NCBI GenBank assembly: GCA_044345405.1
Contig: JBIJBE010000058.1
Coordinates: 1 to 18,579, forward strand
Length of the DNA stretch: 18,579 nt
Direction of reading: 5' to 3'
Source of the DNA: Bdellovibrionota bacterium
GTDB lineage: Bacteria > Bdellovibrionota_C > UBA2361 > OMII01
Each line of letters begins with the position of its first letter. Within the stretch, counting starts at the first letter, position 1. The notes beneath the pieces are model-generated. The model had not been told where the DNA came from. It was given only the letters and a program-made list of their open reading frames with translations, and did no database searches. The position numbers were made by a program, and so were the translations under genes. This document shows positions 9,108 through 16,070 of this stretch, piece by piece.

Positions 9108-9530
9108 TCAAAGCCGGGCCTCAATCCCACCCTCTCGTTCCGCCGAGAGATCCTTCGGTATCGTGTGGGTGACCGCGCGCTCGACGTTTTTGGACAATAT
9201 TCCTCGAATGTATCCAAGGAGCCGAGGCTCAGCGATCAGCACGAGGCGCTCGAATTGATGGGTGGAGAGAGCATTGTCGATCTGTTCGCACACCTCTCGA
9301 TAGAAGTCCTTGAGCGCGCGTTCCTTAGCGGATTCCTCTGACGAATATGCTGGGCGTCCCCATATTCGATTGTCGTTTGCGGCGCCTGCTTTATCGCTTT
9401 CGAGATCCTGATTCTTTAAGCGGCCGAGTGGGTTGCCGATGTCTCGCTCAAGCTTGATGTGTCCACGACCCTCTCGGCTGAAGATCCGAACCTCATCGCG
9501 GCTTGCTACCATAATCCACGTTGTTTCCAT
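9108..9530 (-). CDS. Host-attachment protein family (AtsE-like; bacterial eRF1-related baeRF fold)
   Basis: METTWIMVA...VRIF...L+SDKAG...F...+C..+......FERLVLIAEPRLLG.IR..L...V......KDL matches the Host_attach family pattern. 140 aa from ATG 9530, with GGAGG upstream. Confidence 0.88.
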   Translation of the reverse strand: METTWIMVASRDEVRIFSREGRGHIKLERDIGNPLGRLKNQDLESDKAGAANDNRIWGRPAYSSEESAKERALKDFYREVCEQIDNALSTHQFERLVLIAEPRLLGYIRGILSKNVERAVTHTIPKDLSAEREGGIEARL

Positions 9531-9704
9531 TAAGGGGCCCTCCCATGCCATGTTAATTAGGTGCCAGGACCCAATTATGGTGTGCGACGGCTGGATTGTG
9601 TGTGACGGCAATCACCAGTGTGCCCTATTTTAGAGGGGTTATAGCCACGTAAATGACCTTCGAACGCTGGAATCCTACCGCCATATGGGACACACTAGCC
9701 CGGT

Positions 9705-11225
9705 ATGTCTCGTATCGTCCTAGCAACCCTGAACGCCAAGTTCATCCACGCTTCGGTTGGATTGCGATACCTCTACGCCAACCTCGGAGAGCTTCAGCCC
9801 GATGCAACAATCGCTGAGTACGAGGCGTCTCAGCCTGCGCGTGAGATCGTCGAGAGTCTTCTTGAGCACGAGCCCGCCATCGTTGGGTTCGGGGTGTATA
9901 TCTGGAACGTTGTTAAAACGAGGGAGGTCATCTCGTTCCTCAAGAAGGTCAGACCTGAGATTACGGTTGTGATCGGAGGGCCCGAGGTGAGCTTCGAATA
10001 CGAGGAGCAGCCGATCGTGGCGCTCGCTGATTATCTCATCACGGGAGAAGCTGATGTGGCGTTTCGGGATCTCTGCCGTGAGTTGGTGGCAGAGCGGAGA
10101 CCCAGCACCAAGGTGATCAACGCGGGGTTGCCCGCGCTCACAGAGCTCTCGTTGCCGTATGAGCACTACACTGAGAAGGATATCGCGCACCGCGTTATCT
10201 ATGTCGAGGTATCACGAGGATGCCCCTTCACCTGTGAGTTCTGTCTCTCCTCGATTGATATCCCTGTTCGGCAATTCGATCACCTGCGGGTGCTTGATGA
10301 GCTCGATACGCTGTACAAGCGGGGTGCTCGAACCTTTAAGTTCGTTGATCGCACCTTCAATCTGAACATCCGGACCTCCTTAACGATCCTCAACTTCTTC
10401 CTTGAGCGAATGGAGCCGGGACTCTTCGTGCACTTTGAGATGGTGCCGGATCGCTTTCCGTCACAATTGCGTGAGGTTGTCGCTAAGTTCCCTCCGGGGA
10501 GCTTGCAGCTTGAGATCGGAGTACAGACACTAAACCCTGAGGTGAGCGCCAATATCAGTCGTCGCCAGGATGTCGCCAAGCTGAAAGAGAATATCGCGTT
10601 CCTGAGAGCGGAGACCGCGGCCTATCTTCATATCGACCTTATCGTGGGGCTCCCCGGTGAATCGGTGGAGAGCTTCGGCAGGGGATTTAATGAGATCGTG
10701 GAGCTGAATCCCCACGAGATACAGGTTGGAATTCTTAAGCGACTGCGTGGAACTCCGATCAAACGGCACGATGACCCGTACGAGATGAAGTTCTCAGATG
10801 AGCCGCCGTACGAGATACTGCAGAACCGGGATGTTTCCTTTAAGGAGCTTCAGGTCATGGGACGGTTCGCCCGCTACTGGGACCTCGTCGCGAACAGCGG
10901 AAATTTCCTTGAGTCGCGGCCGCTCCTTCTTCAGGCCGGCCCGACACCGTTCGACGCCTTCTTTGCGTTTAGTGCGTGGTTGTACACCAAGGTTGGTCGT
11001 CGAGCCTCCATCAATCTCAAGACCTTGAGTGAACTCGTCTTTGAGTATCTCAGTGAGCAAAGTGGCAAGGATGTCGCCGAGATCGCCGCTCTGGTGGCCC
11101 GCGATTACATGAGGGGAGGGCGCTCTGACCTTCCCAAAAAGCTCGCGCCGTTCGCGGATGATAGACGGGAAGGTCACGACAAGGTGCTCTCCCTTAAACG
11201 ACAACAACGGGCGATAGCGGGGTGA
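9705..11225 (+). CDS. B12-binding domain radical SAM protein (DUF4080-type architecture)
   Basis: N-terminal LNAKFIHASVGLRYL...GFGVYIWN...GGPEVS...GEAD cobalamin-binding domain, then SRGCPFTCEFC, FVDRTFN, LEIGVQT, HIDLIVGLPGE. Confidence 0.92.
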   Translation: MSRIVLATLNAKFIHASVGLRYLYANLGELQPDATIAEYEASQPAREIVESLLEHEPAIVGFGVYIWNVVKTREVISFLKKVRPEITVVIGGPEVSFEYEEQPIVALADYLITGEADVAFRDLCRELVAERRPSTKVINAGLPALTELSLPYEHYTEKDIAHRVIYVEVSRGCPFTCEFCLSSIDIPVRQFDHLRVLDELDTLYKRGARTFKFVDRTFNLNIRTSLTILNFFLERMEPGLFVHFEMVPDRFPSQLREVVAKFPPGSLQLEIGVQTLNPEVSANISRRQDVAKLKENIAFLRAETAAYLHIDLIVGLPGESVESFGRGFNEIVELNPHEIQVGILKRLRGTPIKRHDDPYEMKFSDEPPYEILQNRDVSFKELQVMGRFARYWDLVANSGNFLESRPLLLQAGPTPFDAFFAFSAWLYTKVGRRASINLKTLSELVFEYLSEQSGKDVAEIAALVARDYMRGGRSDLPKKLAPFADDRREGHDKVLSLKRQQRAIAG

Positions 11226-11258
11226 ACATCAGCCGCCCGTTTCGCGGCCAAAATCCAT

Positions 11259-11269
11259 TATGATACTAT
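11259..11269 (+). promoter_or_regulatory. Possible -10/extended -10 for hrpA (TATGAT or TGaTACTAT)
   Basis: Two overlapping -10-like hexamers about 35-45 nt upstream of the hrpA ATG. Motif match only. Confidence 0.3.
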
Positions 11270-11304
11270 CCCCTAACGCGTAACCATTCTCGATCGCTTT
11301 CACC

Positions 11305-14300
11305 ATGAATCACCCTCAACGAGAGACACAGCCTCGTTCTCCACTTCCGGTTTCCTATCCGGAAGCGCTTCCTATCGTTGAGAAGCGTCGAGAGATCGTG
11401 GACGCAATCAGGGCGCATCAGGTGATCATCGTCGCGGGAGAGACCGGTTCGGGTAAAACCACCCAGATCCCGAAGATGTGTCTTGAAGCGGGGCTCGGGT
11501 TAAAAGGGCAGATCGGGTGTACGCAACCCCGCCGTATCGCCGCGCTCTCCGTGTCTCGGCGCATCGCTGAGGAGCTCGGTGTGACGTGGGGCGAAGAGGT
11601 CGGATGTAAGATCCGGTTCTCTGACAAGAGCAAACGTCACACGCGGGTGAAGGTGATGACGGATGGGATACTGCTCGCTGAGACGAGAAGCGATCCACTA
11701 CTCTCGTCGTACGAAGCTCTTATTATTGACGAGGCTCACGAGCGTTCACTCAACATCGACTTCTTAATCGGGTACCTCAAAACGCTTCTGTCAAAGCGCC
11801 CTGATCTGAAGGTGATTGTCACGAGCGCCACGATCGATACCGAGCTCTTCTCGAAGGCCTTCGGAGGAGTGCCTATCTTTGAAGTTTCTGGGCGGCTCTT
11901 TCCCGTTGAGATTCGGTACCAGCCTCTCGTCGTCGATGATGAAAGCGATGATAGCTCCTACGTCGATGGAGCGATGCGGGCGGTCGAGGAGGTACTTGAG
12001 GAGTCTCGAGCGGGAGACCTCCTCGTCTTTATGCCCACGGAACGTGATATTCGCGAGTGTTGCGAGCGTCTCACCGAACGATACCGGACCACCATCGAGA
12101 TCTTGCCGCTTATGGGAAGTCTCTCGGCGGGGGAGCAAGAGCGTGTGTTTCGTCTCTCAGAGAAACGAAAGATTATCGTCTCAACCAATATCGCCGAAAC
12201 CTCCCTTACTATTCCTCGAATCCGGTACGTGATTGATTCCGGCTACGCTCGAATCAGTCGGTACAACGGGCGGCACCGGACGAAGCGGCTTCCGATTGAG
12301 AAGATCGCGAAGAGTAGCGCCAATCAACGAGCCGGACGAGCGGGGCGTGTGCAAGAGGGGGTGTGTATCCGACTCTACGATGAGGGGGACTTCGGCGAGC
12401 GACCGGACTTTACCGACCCGGAGATTCTGCGAGCGAACCTCGCGGAGGTTATTCTTCGGATGAAGGCGTTTAACCTCGGAGATATTGAGAGCTTTCCTTT
12501 TCTCAATCCTCCAGACGGACGAAGCGTTCGAAGTGGATATTCCTTGCTTCATGAGCTCGGTGCGCTCACCAGTGAGCAAGAATTGACATCTCTTGGCGGT
12601 GAGCTGGCCCGTCTTCCCGTCGATCCGACAATAGGCCGCATCCTGTTGCAGGCTCGGCGTGAGCACGTCGTACCTGAAGCGATCGTGATAGCCGCGGGCT
12701 TAAGTATCCAAGATCCTCGTGAACGCCCGGCGGATAAGCGGGAGAAGGCGGAAGCCGCTCATCGAACGTTCACGCATCCCGAGTCTGATTTTCTTACGCT
12801 TGTGACGATATGGTCGCGGTACACCTCTGAGTTGGGGACGAACAGGAGCCAATCTCAGGTTCGAAAGCACTGTAAGGCAAACTTCCTCTCGTATATGCGG
12901 ATGCGGGAATGGGGAGATCTTATCAAAGAGCTGCAAGAGGCGATGGGGGTGACTATCGGTGAGATTCAACCAGTGGAGGATGTTAAGAAGTTCGACGGAC
13001 GGTACCGCGCCCTCCATCGAGCGGTGCTCACCGGATTCCTTGGACAGGTAGCGTATCGCGTAGCGCCCAATACCTATCGGAGTGGTGGCGGTCGTGAGCT
13101 CGCTATCTTCCCGGGTTCGTCGCTCATTGAAAAACGCGTCTCGCGGGGGGGGCCGGAACCGAAAAAGCATCGGCGGCAGGGGCGAGGTGACTCCCTGGAT
13201 TGGATCGTGGCGGGTGAGGTCGTGGAAACCTCGCGCGTATTCGCTCGCCTCGTTGGAAAGGTTCAGGTCGCCTGGATCGAGGAGCTTGGAAAGCATCTCA
13301 TTAAGCGAGCGTGCGAGGAGCCACGGTGGAACCCCGAGCGGGGTGAGATAGTCGCGCAGGAGCGGGTCACCATGAATGGGCTCGTGCTTGCGTACCGTCG
13401 GATCAACTACAGTCGGTATGACCCGGAAGCCGCAGCCGATCTCTTTATCCGAAGCGCACTGATCGATGAGAGCTCGCCCTTCGAGTATCCCTTTACCTAT
13501 GAGAATCGACGGACCGCCGATAAAGTCGCGACTATGCTCGCCTCGGTCGGACGATTGAATCGGGTTGAGCTTGAGGACAGGCTCGTTCAGTTTTATCGGG
13601 AGCGACTCCCGGGAGTCTCCTCCTCGATGGAGTTCCATCGAGTTGTGAAAAGGGCTTTAGACCAGAACCCTCGCGCGTTTGAGGTATGCGAGCAGGATCT
13701 TAACGGAGGAGAGGCGTTGGCGATATCAACGGAGCTTTTTCCGAACGCCATCCAGATCGCGGGAAGCGCCATCTATCTCCACTATCGCTATGAACCGGGG
13801 GGTGAGCGTGATGGCGTTACCCTCGCGCTCCCGTTGGCGTTAGCTCGCAAGGTGCCGGCTCGGATGCTCGATGGCGCTATTGAGGGTTTACGGGAGCAAC
13901 AGATCTCGTACCTGATTCGGTCCTTACCGAAGGAGCTTCGTAAGCGTATTGAGAATATCCCGGCCGTGGTGAAAACGATTGCGCATCACCCAGTACTGAA
14001 CGACGCTCCGCTCCTTGAAGGATTGTGTTCGGTGCTCGCTTCGGCGTTTTCAATCGAGGTCTCCCCTCGTTCTCTCTCACTGGAGTCGCTACCGCATCAT
14101 CTTCGTCCACGAATTGAGATTACCACCGAAACTGGAGAGGTGGTGAGTGGTAGAGATCTTTGTGAGGTACTCGGAAAGCTCAAAAATTCCTCAGAGGAGG
14201 GAAGCACCGATCACCTTACGGCGTGGTCAGAGCTTCGGGCTCAGTGGGAGCGAGAGGATCTCTCCGCGTGGGATCTCGGGGACCTCCCCGATCGCATCGA

Positions 14301-15066
14301 GGTGACGAAGGTCTCGAACGTGCCGATGTACGTCTATCCCGCGCTCAAGGTTGAGGAGGATCGGGTTGCGTTGCGATTGCTCGATACCCTTGAGGACGCT
14401 CGCTCGGTATCTCACACCGGCATCCGGGCGCTTGCGCAGCGGGTACTCGCTAAAGAGGTGCAAGAGATTAAGACGCAAGCGAAGGATGTGGATAGTTGTA
14501 AAGCGCTCCTCGTTCTCTTCTGTAATGTCGACCATATGAGGTCTCAGGTGGTCGAGGCGGCGTTGGCCCGGATGTTCGAGGGAGGGAACGTTTATCCACT
14601 CACAGAGTCGCATTTCAAAGAACTGCTGACGACCGCGAAATCGCGTATCCCTGACCTTGTGCCCTCCATCGTGAGATGGGCCAAGGAGTGTCTTGAACTG
14701 CGGCAGGCGTTGATCCGAGTGGCTCGACCGTATCCTGGTATGCGTACAGAGCTTGATGAACTACTTTCAACGACCTTCGTTACTTCAACCCCGTTCGAGC
14801 ACCTCCGGCATCTACCCCGGTATGTGAAGGGGATGAAGCTTCGATGTGACCGAGCTGAAAAGGATCCGAAGCGATACCACGAACGTGAGCGTGAGTTAGT
14901 AAAGTATGTTGAACTGGTGCGCAACGGCGGAAAAAACGCGCCACCCGAGCTTAGGTGGATGGTTGAGGAATTTAAGATATCGCTTTTCGCGCAGGAGTTA
15001 GGGACGCAGTATCCGATCTCCGCGCAGCGGATTGAGAAGTTTTTAGCGAGCATCGAGAACGAGTAG
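11305..15066 (+). CDS. hrpA: ATP-dependent RNA helicase HrpA (DEAH/RHA)
   Basis: GETGSGKTTQ, TQPRRIAA, MTDGILL, DEAHERS, SAT, STNIAETSLTI, QRAGRAGR, HA2 region, and HrpA-type C-terminus (DGVTL...RWMVEEFKISLFAQELGT..PIS..R). 1253 aa. Confidence 0.97.
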   Translation: MNHPQRETQPRSPLPVSYPEALPIVEKRREIVDAIRAHQVIIVAGETGSGKTTQIPKMCLEAGLGLKGQIGCTQPRRIAALSVSRRIAEELGVTWGEEVGCKIRFSDKSKRHTRVKVMTDGILLAETRSDPLLSSYEALIIDEAHERSLNIDFLIGYLKTLLSKRPDLKVIVTSATIDTELFSKAFGGVPIFEVSGRLFPVEIRYQPLVVDDESDDSSYVDGAMRAVEEVLEESRAGDLLVFMPTERDIRECCERLTERYRTTIEILPLMGSLSAGEQERVFRLSEKRKIIVSTNIAETSLTIPRIRYVIDSGYARISRYNGRHRTKRLPIEKIAKSSANQRAGRAGRVQEGVCIRLYDEGDFGERPDFTDPEILRANLAEVILRMKAFNLGDIESFPFLNPPDGRSVRSGYSLLHELGALTSEQELTSLGGELARLPVDPTIGRILLQARREHVVPEAIVIAAGLSIQDPRERPADKREKAEAAHRTFTHPESDFLTLVTIWSRYTSELGTNRSQSQVRKHCKANFLSYMRMREWGDLIKELQEAMGVTIGEIQPVEDVKKFDGRYRALHRAVLTGFLGQVAYRVAPNTYRSGGGRELAIFPGSSLIEKRVSRGGPEPKKHRRQGRGDSLDWIVAGEVVETSRVFARLVGKVQVAWIEELGKHLIKRACEEPRWNPERGEIVAQERVTMNGLVLAYRRINYSRYDPEAAADLFIRSALIDESSPFEYPFTYENRRTADKVATMLASVGRLNRVELEDRLVQFYRERLPGVSSSMEFHRVVKRALDQNPRAFEVCEQDLNGGEALAISTELFPNAIQIAGSAIYLHYRYEPGGERDGVTLALPLALARKVPARMLDGAIEGLREQQISYLIRSLPKELRKRIENIPAVVKTIAHHPVLNDAPLLEGLCSVLASAFSIEVSPRSLSLESLPHHLRPRIEITTETGEVVSGRDLCEVLGKLKNSSEEGSTDHLTAWSELRAQWEREDLSAWDLGDLPDRIEVTKVSNVPMYVYPALKVEEDRVALRLLDTLEDARSVSHTGIRALAQRVLAKEVQEIKTQAKDVDSCKALLVLFCNVDHMRSQVVEAALARMFEGGNVYPLTESHFKELLTTAKSRIPDLVPSIVRWAKECLELRQALIRVARPYPGMRTELDELLSTTFVTSTPFEHLRHLPRYVKGMKLRCDRAEKDPKRYHERERELVKYVELVRNGGKNAPPELRWMVEEFKISLFAQELGTQYPISAQRIEKFLASIENE

Positions 15067-15267
15067 GCGTGCTAGAAATGTGTGGTTGAATTCGCTCGTT
15101 GACGTTGACGTTGACGTTGACGATGACGAGTACGGATGACGTTACACGTAAACCGTGAGCCGTCGACGATTGACGTGGTACGTTAGACGTAGGCGTCATC
15201 GTTGCCGCTTCGTCCCCTCACCTGACAGCGGATTGAGAAGTTATTGGCGAGTGTTGGAAAAGAGTAA
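15025..15267 (+). repeat. Diverged direct repeat of the hrpA last 14 codons (15025-15066 and 15226-15267)
   Basis: cagcggattgagaagtttttagcgagcatcgagaacgagtag vs cagcggattgagaagttattggcgagtgttggaaaagagtaa: 33/42 identical, ungapped, first 17 nt exact. They encode QRIEKFLASIENE* and QRIEKLLASVGKE*. Confidence 0.9.
15098..15206. repeat. Degenerate 6/7-mer tandem array ((GTTGAC)4 plus variants) forming a long imperfect inverted repeat
   Basis: GTTGAC x4 (15098-15121) is followed by gatgac gagtac ggatgac gttacac gtaaac. Arm 15116-15156 pairs without gaps with arm 15166-15206 (29 Watson-Crick and 3 G-U of 41 positions). Confidence 0.85.
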
Positions 15268-15331
15268 GGAGGGAGTGGAACGTGTCTTCATTCTTTGAGG
15301 AATGAAAAACTCGTTCCACTCCTCATCCTTA
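15265..15331. terminator. Long inverted repeat between convergent stop codons; likely terminator, best supported for the minus-strand gene
   Basis: taagga..ggagtggaacg.g...ttcattc-[tttgag]-gaatgaa...c.cgttccactcc...tcctta. On the minus strand it is followed by ctctttt. Confidence 0.65.
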
Positions 15332-15790
15332 AAAATCATCGAGGGACGAATCGTCTCCGATGATCATCTTCAAATTGTTTAGGTCGTTCTCGATCTTTTC
15401 AAGTCGACGCTCCTTGGGAATAGCTTCCTCGTTGCGTCGCTCCAACAGATCGTTCAACCGCTCAAGCGCTGCAGCAGTGATGCGCTCTCGCTTCTCGACT
15501 TTGTCCTTCTCCTCGTCGTTCTCGGCTTGTCGCCAACTAACGCCGAGTCGATGAAGCTTCTTAACCTGTCGTTCCACGCGAACGTGGATCCGACAGAGCT
15601 TCTCGTGGAGGACCTCGACCTCTTCTCGTACGCTACGGAACTCCGCCTTCCTGAGTTGCAATTCCTCGGTAGCTTGATAGAGCTCCTCAGAGCAGCCCAG
15701 AGAGCAGCTTTCGTCCGATGCCCGCTTGGCAGTAAAAAGGTCTCCGCACCAAGCGCACGCGCGCTGGACAGGCTTCCTTTCGCCGTTCAT
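15329..15790 (-). CDS. Hypothetical protein with N-terminal Cys4 zinc finger and coiled coil
   Basis: A perfect AAAGGAGG lies 5 nt before ATG 15790, preferred over the ORF-track start at 15889. CAWC-x13-CSLGC is followed by about 110 aa of E/K/R/L-rich, heptad-like helix. 153 aa. Confidence 0.75.
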   Translation of the reverse strand: MNGERKPVQRACAWCGDLFTAKRASDESCSLGCSEELYQATEELQLRKAEFRSVREEVEVLHEKLCRIHVRVERQVKKLHRLGVSWRQAENDEEKDKVEKRERITAAALERLNDLLERRNEEAIPKERRLEKIENDLNNLKMIIGDDSSLDDF

Positions 15791-16070
15791 GAAAACCTCC
15801 TTTCGGAACCTTTGAAACACGTACCACTCCCGCTCCAGTTCAGCTCGCTGAGCTCGGGTGGGATCAGTGGGTGCGGGCGCATTGTACATGGAATAATGGA
15901 CGTTTAGCTACGAGTTGAATGCCCAAATCCTTCTCTTGGCGCTATCCCGCAAGAGGGTCTAAATGTGTAGGTTTTAGGCATGAATGGATGTCATTTTACC
16001 CCTTTGAGGAAGTTGAGGGGCGATCTACCCTGATAGAACCTTCGATGTTTCGCTTTTTAGAGGTGAAAGG

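Noticed and set aside
8168-9530. Host-attachment gene plus Flp-like gene as a dedicated prey or host adhesion operon
   Set aside because: The family name is historical and the fold is release-factor-like. About 200 bp with small hairpins separates the genes, so shared function is unsupported.
12700-13638. 312-aa antisense ORF inside hrpA (and similar ones inside rimO, tal, zwf and the acyl-CoA dehydrogenase)
   Set aside because: No recognisable motifs; long antisense frames are expected opposite codon-biased, moderately GC-rich genes.
14972-15199. 75-aa minus-strand ORF containing VNVNVNVN
   Set aside because: A by-product of the GTTGAC repeat; it overlaps the hrpA end on the antisense strand.
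15098-15206. CRISPR array
   Set aside because: The units are 6-7-nt tandem repeats with no repeat-spacer structure, and no cas genes are present.
15025-15267. Diversity-generating retroelement TR/VR pair at the hrpA C-terminus
   Set aside because: Mismatches are not adenine-specific in either direction (C/T changes occur), the repeat is only 42 bp, and there is no reverse transcriptase in the window.
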